Source: Tubiluchus corallicola
Taxonomy: Eukaryota > Animalia > Priapulida
Direction: 5' to 3'
DNA length: 64,000 bases
Assembly (NCBI GenBank): GCA_030141605.1
Contig: JAQGDQ010001029.1
Coordinates: 5,202 to 69,201 of the forward strand
This document shows positions 40,601 through 53,056 of the stretch, piece after piece. The number at the start of each line of letters is the position of its first letter. Position 1 is the stretch's first letter. The notes below the pieces were generated by a model. The model was not told the origin of the DNA. It saw only the letters and a list, made by a program, of their open reading frames with translations, and did no database searches. Made by a program: the position numbers and the translations under genes.

Positions 40601-41943
40601 AAATTATTGAAAATTACTTTACGGTTTACGCTACACAATATGTATGCCGTACAGTACCTGCCGAGCTTCTACGTACTAGAAAAAACCGTTGAATGACACC
40701 ATTCTTGCACCTTGTACACAAAAACGCCAAAAACACAAAGAACTTTAAAAACACCTACACTACCCAGAATTACTTCATGTTATAGACGTTTGTGGAAATG
40801 ACATAGTTAAGCTTCACAAAATAGAAAATATGGTACATGACACAAACATCAATTGCATTCTCTCTCACAGACAATCTACTGTATGCGCGTACAAAAGTCA
40901 CTGTTCAGTGATTGCGACAGACAATTCGATTATTAGTCAGAGGGGTGGCCGGCATCGGGATTTCAAAGGAAATAGGAAATCAGAGCCCGGTATCTGAGGA
41001 AATAGCATGTTCGTTTCTGAGAAGTGACTCCTCTTGAAATTTATTTTTTCGGGGAAACAATTTTTAAAAGTCGACAAAAGAAATCAATATTTTTTCTTGG
41101 TATCGTATCTAAACCCAATTATTTTTTCCTCACATGTGGTTAGATTTGAACACGAATATCTTACAAAATTGTCAAATTAACGTTAAAAAGAAATTTGAGT
41201 TTCTGTTGTTAGACAATTTTTATAAATAGCAACTAGGGCAACTCCATGGATTAGAGGGACCAAACTAAACATTGAGTTAAAAGTAAAAGAGCGACTACCC
41301 CAAGCTCAACTAGAGGATTAATTTAATCTGCGAATCGGAATCTCGGGAGCGCAACTCAAGACCTACTTAATGTAGGTCTGTGGGGCAAGACTGGAATCTA
41401 TCTTATAAACAAGGAAAATCCTCTAAGGTAATATCCATATACATCGTTTCTCAAAGGAATAAATAGCCGGCGTCCTAGTGGCAGACGAAACCGCAGACAG
41501 CGAATTTTCCAGATAACCGCCAGTCCATTTGTTGGCCAGGTCGCCATGGTTAAACTTCGGCGTAGCCACAAGCAAACACTGCGTTTTTATAATCGTCATC
41601 GGTTAGACTTACCGGAACTTACTATCGTAGTTGTTTTTCATCATAATAGATGGCGGCACCTGAATAGTTATGTAGGCAGACGTACAGTAACTCACTGTGC
41701 TGTCAGCTGCAATGCAGCCAGCCACTTGCTTTCTGTATGTGAGTGTGTGAGGTTTGATTGCACATGTGTGGTTGTGACGTTCGGTGTATTGATTGTCTGC
41801 GTTCAATAACAAGGGCTTATTCAGAAGAGGACGAAGATTTTCTCTTAAAAATGGTTATTGATAATCGCATTTTAGTTGTAAACAAAGGCTGACAGAAGTG
41901 TGGCTGTGTTTGTACAATAGTTTAAAATTTAAACTAAAACACG

Positions 41944-41977
41944 ATGAGTAGTCCACGATTTTCTTCAAGATACGACG
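41944..41977 (+). CDS. Septin (SEPT2 group), putative coding exon 1
   Basis: acgATG AGT...GAC G|gtaagg = MSSPRFSSRYD(D); strong donor. In frame with the downstream exons only via the 5-nt microexon. Confidence 0.6.
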
Positions 41978-42353
41978 GTAAGGAAAAAATGTTTCTGTGT
42001 ATTTTGGTGCAGTTACCTTATATTAATCGAAATATTATGTTATGGTTATACATGAAATAATTTTATTACATGTATATGAAAAATTTGCAGAGAACATTAG
42101 GGCTGTAGTATTCAAATTACTATAGCAGTTAAGAAAAAGAGTAATTTTGAAGTGATTTTTCGTAAATCCGTTTAATGTAGGTTACCTTGTGTTGCTGTGC
42201 TGATGGCCACGGGCCTGCTTTTCACGAAAAAAATGAAAATTAACCAGAAACAATTTTTCTTTTTTTTTCTTAATCCCTGGACACTCCACTGCACGGTCAT
42301 ACATATCGATGCTTCGCTGGTTTCCATGGTAACAATGACTTGCTGTATTGCAG

Positions 42354-42358
42354 ATGAG
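42354..42358 (+). CDS. Septin, putative 5-nt microexon (ATGAG)
   Basis: ttgcag|ATGAG|gtaagt. About 105-nt AG-free zone with a distal polypyrimidine tract and TGC motifs. Converts the phase-1 donor to the phase-0 acceptor at 49619. Confidence 0.55.
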
Positions 42359-42632
42359 GTAAGTGTACTACCGTATTGTTACTTAACCTACTGTGCGCTT
42401 TGTAAAAATAATTGTTCTGCGTATGTGATAAAAGACTCTAATGTACCATAAAATTGCTTATTATGTGAGTAATGCATTGTGCCGTTAAGTGTTTTGTCTG
42501 CTCATTCTATTGTTTGAAGAGTTTTAACATGATGTGAGGTTATATATAAACCATATTTTTACATTAATTTTTATAGCAAAACCCTATAATCTTAATTTCA
42601 AGATTATTATTAATGTTCGACGAAGCTCTATG

Positions 42633-42905
42633 AATTAAATTTTTGATATAAAACTTGAAAAACGGCAAGTGTGAAAAAGTTGGGTGTACAGCCTGGATTT
42701 GAACCAGTGACCTTCTGCTTACAAGGCAGGCACCCTAAGCCACTGGCCGTGGTATCTCCCAGTGGTCAAGACAGTTCAAAGTTCCAGTGGCCTATTGGTC
42801 TAAGACATCTGCTTTGTAAGCAGAAGGTCACTGGTTCAAATCTAGGTGTATCACAACTTTCACATTTCTTATCTTTCAAGTTAGGTTGAGTATTAAAATT
42901 TAATT
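42633..42905. repeat. Palindromic element with two divergent tRNA(Thr-TGT)-like heads
   Basis: 29-bp perfect inverted repeat 42696-42724 / 42814-42842 containing B-box GGTTCAAATC and the TTGTAA loop; outer arms remain imperfectly inverted. Confidence 0.75.
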
Positions 42906-45849
42906 AATTATGGGTTGTTCCTTCATTAAACTGCACGTATTTGTTAGCTAAATACATTACAGACACAGTAACTCAAGAACAATGAAGACAAGCAAATCTG
43001 AGTACATTTTTAAGATCCCATTGATTTTATTTCCCATAATGATTCTGGCTGGTAGAGGAAGGATGTATAGATCCATCTGAACGTGTCTGAGACACCTCTT
43101 CTGGTTCACTGGCTTGGGTATAGAGGATTGGCCTAGGTAGTAAACCAACCTTTAGTCATACCGTAAAAATAGCATCGGGTAGGTCGTGTAGATTTACTGC
43201 TGGATTTTGACTTCCGGTGAGCCGAAGTGTTCCATTTAAAATAACAAAAATCTGTCTTTGACTAGCATCATTCATGACCCATGTACGTTGGTCTTTAGCA
43301 AAAATTTTATTTTTAAATGCGTATATCAGCTGGTTATGCCTGGTTGCTCACAAAAATCACAAAGTTATATTATTTAAGTTCAAAGTAAATGATATATGCA
43401 TAATTACTGAGAATAGTATCTATAGTATTCTCAGTATATAAAGTATTTAACTAGCAAAAGAACGAATATCCAATTTATGCAAGAATGTTCAGATCTGTTC
43501 TCTAGCACAGAGCCTTACTTTACGTCAGCGGGTGTCATAATAAAGTGGTAACATTACACAACTGTTGTAAACTTATGCCAGTTGGGTGACGTTACACGTC
43601 CAAGGATGTCTGCAGAATATTTCATTCTGCTGCCCCCTCCCACCTGGAAGTTTTAATACAATGTCTTCACGACGTATAAAAACGCAATAAAATTGATAAC
43701 ATTAATTGTTTAGAGGAACATGTTAAGGTCCCAATTTGAGCACATTTTGCTGATTCTTTGTATAAGTTTTTAAACTGTTCACACAAAATTTTTGAAAGTG
43801 CAGCGCAAGAGAGTCTCTCCAAATCAACATTTTTACCATGACATCAATCAACATTGTTTGCTGTAAGGCGATTTATAAAATAATAAAGTCATTTTAAGTC
43901 ACAAAAAGTTGGGAAAGCTGACAGCTGCATGTAATAAAATTCTGAACTTTCTTCCACGTAAATTTTCGGGCAATTTTCTAGGTTCAGGCCTAAACATCTG
44001 TCCATAAAAACAATTTCAAAAGATGTTCAGACTACACTGCAGTTAACTCAGTTTGTAAGCGATACGCTGGTTTAGCAAAGTGTGAGCTAAGCAGTTAATT
44101 CTCTCTTAAATCTGACACGGAGGAAGTCTAAAGTGCTAACATCTGTGTTTAATGAGGTTTCGGCCTGCTTTGTAGGCTTCATTTCTGGCTAATAAAATCA
44201 TTAAAATGGAGGCGTATCCATGATTAGGGCAGAAGTGATATGCCGGCAGGACATCGTTATTTGGGTTTGCAGTCTAAACAGTATTTTTTTGCTGGGTAGA
44301 ATGCTAAAACTGGTCCACGCGTCAAAGCATTACTGGATAACCGGAAAACCCGCAGCACTGGCACCGTATTTTATTACGTGGCTGTGATATTGATGTCGAA
44401 TGTAAACTTAATGAAATGAGAGCCTACTAAAAACTATGAAAATTAACATTTGCTTGTGTTTTCCAACGCACTCAAGCATAGATCGTAGAGATTCATAATC
44501 TATGCTTAGTGAGGCTAGTAATAAAAATTATTCAGCATTCGTTGGTTGTACTCCTTTCCTACGTACGTTAACCCTTTACCTGGAAACATTTTCACATTTG
44601 AAAATTACACCAAAACTGCCGTGCTTGAATGGTGTTTAATTGTTTGAGAAATTTGATACGGGCGGGCCACACGTAGATAAAACCTGAACCGTTTAACCAG
44701 TTCTTAGACCGTCCTTGAATCGTAATTCGTAAAACACACATTTCTCCTTTTCTTAATGGTGTCTCCCAAAAAAAACTCCATACAGAGTTATATTACTTAG
44801 CATTCGCTTAACTTGTTTGAAACACATATGTAACTGGAAAAGAAAATTCTTAATAAAATATTTGGATTATATTCCTGGTAAAATGGCACTGTATCGCCAC
44901 CCTAGTGTGCATCATTGGCTCACCAAAAACGCTTTATTGATCTTAATGACAATATAAAGTAATTACAATTGATTAGATTAGTTATTGAAGACTGTGCTAT
45001 GAATGCTCTGATTATTTTTTCAAACTTTCTGCGGTGTTTCTAAACTTGTTTCAAACGTTTTATCGCTAAAATGGTTGCGCCTTTGCGAGAGCCTAAATTT
45101 TAAAGTTTTACCTAGCATTGCTGTTAACGCAAGCCCTGTATGCAGTAAGGCATCAAGTACGTCATATAAAATTTCAAAGCAACTTTTTTAATGCAGAGTG
45201 TTTTTGTGTTTTAAGGAAGTGTAAGCGTTCTTTATTGAGCTTTCTTTATCGTATCATTCAACCACTGGCGTGAAAACATAATAAACGTGTTTATTACAAA
45301 ACAGTAAACACATAAAATGTTCTAGTTAATTATTTGGTGTAGATCAGTATCGAATGGGTTGTAATTTGAGTTTAGCTAACCGAGCCTTTTCTTCAAGTAG
45401 GAGTACATTACTTTTAATCAAGGAGCAAAGAGGATTAAGACTAGAGCAAGCAGGGGAACGGAGGTGACTTCTTTAACAGAGTACTAACTCGGACTTGGGT
45501 TCAAAACCGCGTTTGAACAGTTTTTAATTCGCTCTGCTCAATACTGTGTATTGTCATTCCGTCTTGTTTAGCCTTTCTTGTACAAAAGCTTTGGTTACAA
45601 AAAGAATTTAGGATTGTAGACCTTAGCTACTGTTTAGAAGTTGCACACTGTAAATTAACTTATAAGCAGGTACCTCACTGTTGAAATGACTATTTTATCA
45701 ATCACTGCCCGTCAGAATCTGGCAAGAACAAACGACGAGTTTAGATGTTTTTCTTCCCACATCCTGACAATTTACACTATAGATGCAACCCAGCTGACCG
45801 TCCCGAGTCAATAACCATTTCCTTTCTCACAGACCACATCAATAACTCT

Positions 45850-46490
45850 TGCACATGCCATGTGCATTCAGTATGTTACTGTATGTAATACACACAACGT
45901 ATATCCCATCCTATAATACTTAACAGTATACATCACACAGTGTATTCACCACGCATATGTATACAGCACATTGTTGCTCACATGACAGTACATTCAGTAT
46001 GTACATAATGCACATTGCTGTTATTGCGATATACATATACACATATACAGCACACGTCACAGTACATTCTGAAAATTCGCACACCACACATTACAGTGCA
46101 TTCTGTATGTATGTACAGCACACATCACAATGCATTATGTGAGTACGTACAGCACAGATCACAGTGGTTTCAGCAAATACATACATGATGCACCACATCA
46201 CAATGCATACTAGATTCACATGTATTACATCACAAAACATTTATTTTCTACATACATTACACATTCTAATGGATTTAATATGCACATAGATCACAATGCG
46301 TTAAGTGTGTACAGGCATCATACATCAAAATATATCAAAATATTCAATACGCGCATGCATCACATATCACAATGCATTCATTGCACACAGTAGCTCATAT
46401 GGCACACATCACAATATATTTATTGCCTACACGCAGCACACATCACAATGCATTCAGTCATACACAATCATACATGTAGTACGCATCACA
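45850..46490. repeat. Degenerate minisatellite (CACATCACAATGCATT-like units)
   Basis: Recurrent cacatcacaatgcatt / cacagtgcattc variants. Confidence 0.7.
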
Positions 46491-46492
46491 AT

Positions 46493-46690
46493 GTAAGATT
46501 GTCCGAAACAACCTTTTGCAAGACATACTTTTGTTATACAGCTGCACCGAGTTTTTTAGGGCAGTAGAAGATTTCTTATATTTGACTGTGGAGCCGAGTA
46601 AGATTGTCCGAAACAACCTTTTGTAAGACATATTTTTGTTATGCAGCTGCACCGAGTATTTTAGGGTAGTAGAAGATTTCTTATATTGAG
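46493..46690. repeat. Tandem duplication of about 105 bp
   Basis: GTAAGATTGTCCGAAACAACCTTTTG at 46493 and 46598. Confidence 0.85.
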
Positions 46691-49109
46691 TGAAAACTTA
46701 TACCTTCGTCTGTTATTGAACTGTATTTTGCTCATATGTAATTACTATACATTGTATTTATTTTTAATCTTTATGTGCACCAACATTTACGCACATAAGC
46801 TAGAATTACAATTGTAAGTTGCATTAAAATGTTGTAGCCACATAACTTAAATATAAATAGCAATGGTGATGGATTGGTAGTGGTAATGATGATGAATGAC
46901 GATGATCATGGGGATGATGATGATGGTTATGAGGACGACGACCATGATGATGATGATGATGATGATGATGATTAGCACTTCGACATTTCGTAATATTTCT
47001 AAGCTACCCTGAGACTATGACTGAACATTACTACTTCTCGCGCATTGAAAAGCTTTTTTTATGAAAGTTAAACGACTGATTTAAGTTAACCGATAATAAA
47101 TGTTAAACTTTGAAGTTTAAGCAAGTAAATTTAATTCTGTTACAAGTTACAATGCAAATTGGCAATGGATGTGACGTTTTCTGAAGGGATAACGCTGGCC
47201 TAGTTCATCATCACAGATAGTCAGAGATACGTTCCAACCGAGTCTGCTGCATTCAACGTTCGTCACAATGGACTTTTGTGAAATGTTCCCATTGTATTCT
47301 TTTTAGGTTATCAAAGTTAAATTATTTATGTCTTTCAACGACAGGCCCACGGTTAGCTCTCTGTTCTTGGGGAGACCTCGTACTCTTCTTTCATTGTTTC
47401 AAATCTTCTTTGTATTCCTCAGTCGTACGTTAAACTGCCATATAGGAATGTTGTTAACATTTTTACAACATGGGCGATGATTAATTACGATTGTGCTTAT
47501 GACGAGTAGCTCTTCAACTACCAAGCTTGAAAGCATTGCATTATAGTTATCGTCTTTAAACTTTTTCCATCATATCATTATCATTATTGTATCGCAAGAA
47601 AATTGCGTATTTTGCACTAGTAAATATGGTTCATGAACTTTATTTCACAACTGTAATGCTACTTAGAGCAAGTTCGTCGAGCTGTCAAAGTCGATTGAGT
47701 TGCTTCGTGAGTCTAACCACCCTCTCCCCGCTCTTACGTGCGTCGAAAATCGGCTAGGCAGTGTTTCGAACTGAAGTTTTCGAACTTAAGTTTCGATTTA
47801 AGTTGCCATGGACGCAGTACAAACTTATTTGCTACGTTAGAGATGGCCACGTGCTCAGAAGAAGCAAAACGCGTACGATATGCAGTACAGTATATATAAT
47901 GCGTGTCTACTGCACATGTCAAATACAGTCAGGCTGCAGGTGCTCAAGTACGGTATATTCTGCTGTAGCGCATCAATACAAATACCTAAAAAAATCGACT
48001 TGGTGAAATCATTTCACTCCTGGATTCTCTGACTATTTGCAGTATAAACTCACAACTGTTTGCTTAGAAAAGAACCGTATTTTGTGAGTGGCAATGGGGC
48101 GAATTCGTTACAAGCTTAGGGTTTACGGTTGCCACCCCGTCATGAACCGAAGTCAGGAGTCAAGGCCTAACTAAGGGTCTGTAAATTCCCCCAGTGGGGC
48201 GTGGGACTGAATCCCGGAAAACAAGCTTTTCTTTCATTTTAGATGTTTTATGAGATCTTTTTCAGATCTTGAAATCTAGAAAACTACTCTAAGCCTTAAA
48301 AGTGTAAAACTTACAAAATTGCAAGCAGTTGTACATCAGTTTTTGGAGTTTCTTCCCAGTCCCAATACAAGTTCTCGCGTTTCCTGAGGTTTCTGGGTAT
48401 CGGTTTAGTAATGAAATTATTAAGCATTTTACGTTATGTGAATTAAACTAACGTGAAAGAAAGCATTTTCTCTGCAGCAAAAACAGGTGAAAAATTTAGA
48501 CGGGGTGAAATGATGAAGCCATACAACCGATTAAACTTAATTTTATAAGTTTACTACCTTAGTTAACAAAAACAAAACTCGTCTGGTTTTTTTGGCATAT
48601 TTTTTGCAAAGTTTCAACAGCATGCAAGCTGTATTTCTGCCTTTTTCCACTTAAATTTCATTGTGATGGTCGAAATCAGGAGATTTCAGAAGTTTTCAAA
48701 AATCCGATCGAACTACGAACTATGGCTGAATTTCAGGAGTCTCCGGGCCAAATCAGGAGTGGTGGCACTCTAGCCACTTGCTGTCAAACGCTTAACAATT
48801 TCACGTTGGAATAATGAGCGTGATTTTGCTGTAACTGTAGCCTTCATTGGTGATTATAGCAATAGCGTGGCGGTTGATTGTGGAAATTTAATTTGCTTTT
48901 GCCCGCCTAGGAAGAAGGAAAGTTGATCATTAGCCAGAAACTGTGTCAGTAGTTGTTTCGGAAAATCGATTTTTTTTCATGGCTAAACGGCGTGACAATA
49001 GTGACATGTTGCCGTCAGTCAACGTGCTGTGAAAAATTAATGTTTCAAATTCGTAATGAGCTACTTTTACCTTGTATATATATCAATTTTTAGTTGACAA
49101 AGAAAGATC

Positions 49110-49400
<291 letters not shown>

Positions 49401-49618
49401 TTGACTTCTGTAATTTCCCGTGTCATCATTCGTCACTGTCACGCAAATGTTATAAATATATCTGCGCAGACTATCACTATTTTCTTCTGGCTTAACACTG
49501 TTGTACAATATTCTTTATGTTTTGTGTAGACTGTATTTTTTGCACCTCTTCCTGTGATGACTGTCATTTCTTGCACGAACCATTTATTTAAAGTTCATGG
49601 CAGTGCTTTTGTTTACAG

Positions 49619-49706
49619 TCTGGAGAGATTGGTTTTGCTAATTTGCCTGAGCAGATACACCGGAAGACACTCAAGCGTGGTTTTGACTTTACCCTGATGG
49701 TCGTCG
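49619..49706 (+). CDS. Septin (SEPT2 group), exon with the polybasic region
   Basis: tttacag|[29 protein letters not shown](G)|gtacgt. Confidence 0.93.
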
Positions 49707-50239
49707 GTACGTTCTTTCATTTACTGTAATGTTATAAAAAAGTTCTACTCACAATCAAAATTTTGACAATGATGAATCAGCTGAGTGTTGAGTACGGCTG
49801 CGCAGTCACCTGCTTTAATATAATCGATTTTCGATCACCACCCATGATGACGTCATTTATTACTTGAAAATAAAAAAAATTACCTTTATTGCCTATTTCC
49901 TTATTGTCGCTTGATTGTAGTATTTGTAGTAGCGAAGTCGTAACAGTTTGCGGTATGTTAGTGGAAATGCAAAGCGGATTACAGTTCAAATAAGCATGTT
50001 CCTTACAATTGCTTGTACGATTATTACACACAGTTTAATAAAATTCATAGTTTATGAGTGTACTTATATCCGTAAAAAAATCGATTTCCTTTCTTACAAA
50101 TATAAATGTAAATATGTTAAACTAGAGTAAGTTTCACGGCTGGTACAATCTGGTACCTCTGTTAGTTTAGTGAATTAACACCAGAGTATTCTTATCTTGC
50201 TGCATTGTTTTAAAACTGAATGCTTTTTTGTTTTTCTAG

Positions 50240-50326
50240 GCGAATCTGGTTTGGGAAAATCAACTTTGATTAATAGCTTGTTCCTCACGGATCTTTATAA
50301 GAACAGGGCTGTACCAAGTGTGGAAG
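50240..50326 (+). CDS. Septin (SEPT2 group), P-loop exon; the gene continues beyond the Polinton
   Basis: ttctag|(G)[28 protein letters not shown]|gtaag; G1 motif GxSGLGKS. Confidence 0.95.
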
Positions 50327-50366
50327 GTAAGTTGTTCAAATGACACAGCAGCGTGCACACTTTTAA

Positions 50367-50859
50367 AGGAAAACCGGGCGATTGACTAGACTCAATCTCA
50401 TTTTAATTTACTGTCAGAAATATACATAGACATGCCTATAAATGTTAGCAATTGTTTCTAATATTTGAATAATTAATTTTTGGAAAGTTAATTAATGGCA
50501 ACCGAACACAGCTATGGCTTATGTCACAAACTAACCAAGTTTGTGCAATGATAGGCATCCTCCCTGCACGTCTAGCAGGTTTGCGTAAGCGAAAACTGAC
50601 TAGCACCGCAGTTTATGATCATGCTTATCACAGTACGGCACCTATTTATTGGCCATGCAAATGTGACAAAAATATGCCATTGCCAGTCTTAGTGGATTCG
50701 CAGAAGTGCGCTTAGCTTTGAATATTTAATAAAATTTAACAAAATATCCCAAGGCAAATTATTATTTAATCTAAACATTGATTGAAAACAAGCTGTTGTA
50801 GTTTTCAATATTTTAGACTTTGTTTTGAACTAATGTTTAGATAATTGTTCTGTTTTCCT
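50367..50859. mobile_element. Non-autonomous TTAA-flanked DNA transposon (Kolobok-like), copy 2
   Basis: TTAA|AGGAAAACC...GTTTTCCT|TTAA; homologous to 14032-14564. Confidence 0.8.
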
Positions 50860-51434
50860 TTAACAGCACATTTAACGTAACATAATGTGGCAGATTGTTT
50901 CTTGACATCAAAAGGTTTTGTGTTTCAAAATATTTTTTATATCCTATGGTAAATGTGAACGCCAAACTCAGATATAATGTTTAGAAAGATTTACATCAGA
51001 AATAATTTGAAATATACAACAGCAATGCCAGGCTGCAACAAGCAATACAAAACTATAAAAGTAGATGTGCACAACACAGCAATCTTTCCAGTACATCAAG
51101 TGCTGCCATCTATAAAGTGAAAAACTTTGTATGCGTGTCAGACTATCACCACATCTTCAATTTATTGTACAAAAACCCTGGCAGCCACGTGTTACTCTTC
51201 AAAAACAAACTTTTTCACAGTTGCAGTAATTGAAGATGATTGTGAAAAGGTCAAAGGTTAAATGTCTTTTCCAGTCTCAACGTGTAAGTTTTAGATAATC
51301 TCACACTTATATGGCCGACCTGATTGAAGTGAGTCATCTGTTGGATTCATATTTCTAGCCATAGGCTGTAATAGCTCGATGATCCAACCTGCAAATTTTA
51401 CAAATGCATAATGTTCCTAGAAATAAATGGCGGT

Positions 51435-52175
51435 AGTAGGATAGATGTTACACCTCTGGCCGATTTCCCGGGGGGGGTGGGGATTTCCCCGGGGGGGTGG
51501 GGAAAAACACCCCTAAAAAAGTGCGAAAATCCGGGAAAACCCCTAAAAAAGTGTGAAAACCCGTGTGAAAGTGCGCACGTGACCGAAATCGACGAAAAAG
51601 CGCGAAAAACAAAGAAAAACGAAGAAAAGGCGTGTGAAACGAGGTAAAAATTTTCCATTTTTTCCCTCCCGCATGGCTTCATTTGGATCGAATGACCTTG
51701 AACTCTAGGTCACGTGACCAAAGTTCATTGACCCCTGGCCCCTGGATGGCTTCTTTTTTTGACGCCCCATTTTAAACCGCGCGAAAGCGCGCGAAAGCGT
51801 GCGAAAGTGTGTGAAAGCGCGTGAAAGCGCGTGAAAGTGCGCGAAAGCGTGTGAAAGTGTGTGAAACGAGGTAAAAAGCGCCTCAAACGAAGAAAAAGGG
51901 AGAAGTGGAGTTCCCGCCGAGGACTAATTAGTGCTAATTGGCGCTAATTGGCGCTAATTGGGGAGCCCCTGCCACCCCTCCGCCGCGTGCAAACGTCCGT
52001 CCCGGGGGTCGGGGACACCCCCCTGCAACCCACCCCTCCGTCGCATGGAATCGTCCACTGCAGGCAATGAGGGAAATCTTTTTCCCGCCACTCGCGCAGT
52101 GCCGGCCCTTTTCCGCGACCACTTCTCTCTCTCGGGTGCCCTCCCTTTTCCGCGACCACTTCTCTCGCGGGTTTA
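51435..52175. repeat. Putative left terminal inverted repeat region with internal 10-bp repeats and G/C runs
   Basis: Non-coding and GC-rich. Nine GYGAAAGYGY-type units at 51781-51866; four CTAATT(A/G)G units at 51924-51961. The partner TIR is not in the window, so the inner boundary is unknown. Confidence 0.6.
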
Positions 52176-52186
52176 GATGTGTGTGT

Positions 52187-52335
52187 GTGTGGAGATTTAT
52201 TTCAAATGCCAAAGTTCGATAAATGCATTTTCACAAATCTTTTTTATTGATGGATTACAGGTGTGGAGATTTATTTGAAACGCCAAATTTCGATAAATGC
52301 ATTTTCACAAATCTTTTTTTATTGATGGATTACAA
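52187..52335 (-). terminator. Duplicated block of about 74 bp carrying poly(A) signals for the minus-strand unit
   Basis: Two copies of GTGTGGAGATTTATTT...TTTTTATTGATGGATTAC, each with two minus-strand AATAAA, 140-280 nt after the TBP-like stop. Confidence 0.6.
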
Positions 52336-52471
52336 AAAATTTTTTTTACATTTTTTATGCAAAATACATACGTGCTAAAACTAGATTATTATTATTATTA
52401 TGGTGACATGATAGTTCTACATTTTACGTTTTTTTCGCAAATTACACAAATTACGCAAAATTACAGTAAAA

Positions 52472-53056
52472 CTACACTAATGACGACGAGCGAGTACATG
52501 GATTGTCGTCGTCGATGTGATACAGACAAACGTTATTGTTGTTAAAAACGAATTCGTTAAATTTGCGGAAAACGCGAGAGAAATCCTCGACCTTTGTCCC
52601 GCCCATCATTATTATGCTTCCGGTGTGAAAAATGTTCAGAGTAATTTGCTCGCATTTGCAAGTTAGTTTGGGAAATAGTTCCACTTCGTAAAACACTTCT
52701 CTAAAAGAATGCGTCGAAGGACGAACGAGTTCTTCGTACAGTGCACCCAGTTTCAATCTGCAGTGAATTTTGGCTCTGGCGGTGATGGTGCGAATTGCGA
52801 TCCCGTCGGCGGGCGTCAGTCCGAGACCTTTCGAGAGTTCTTCGATCGCATTGCGTAGTGCTTTTTCCTCCGAAAAACCGTTGGCCACCACGGAGCCGGA
52901 GGCAAAAATCATCAGCGTCCTGCCCAGTCGCTTTAGCAGAACCATTTGCGGTTTCCTTTCGTAGCGTCTTCCGCCCGTTCTCCGCCGGAGTTCGTTCAGA
53001 TCGAAGCGCTGCGAGAACGAAGCAGTGGCGACGATGTTGACCGTTTGGACTGACAC
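52472..53056 (-). CDS. Polinton-encoded TATA-box-binding protein (TBP)-like protein (about 194 aa; no ATG, candidate GTG start)
   Basis: Both TBP repeats: VNIVATASFSQRFDLNEL (cf. QNIVSTVNLGCKLDLKTI), TLMIFASGSVVANG (TALIFSSGKMVCTG), YEVELFPKL (YEPELFPGL), LNIFHTGSIIMMG (LLIFVSGKVVLTG). Confidence 0.85.
   Translation of the reverse strand: MSVQTVNIVATASFSQRFDLNELRRRTGGRRYERKPQMVLLKRLGRTLMIFASGSVVANGFSEEKALRNAIEELSKGLGLTPADGIAIRTITARAKIHCRLKLGALYEELVRPSTHSFREVFYEVELFPKLTCKCEQITLNIFHTGSIIMMGGTKVEDFSRVFRKFNEFVFNNNNVCLYHIDDDNPCTRSSSLV

Noticed and set aside
42685-42850. Functional tRNA-Thr genes (also at 205-275 and 26640-26710)
   Set aside because: Acceptor and D stems pair poorly and the units sit in a dispersed repeat; treated as tRNA-derived.
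51398-52222. Several short ORFs in the terminal region
   Set aside because: GC-rich repetitive DNA with few stops; no recognisable motifs.
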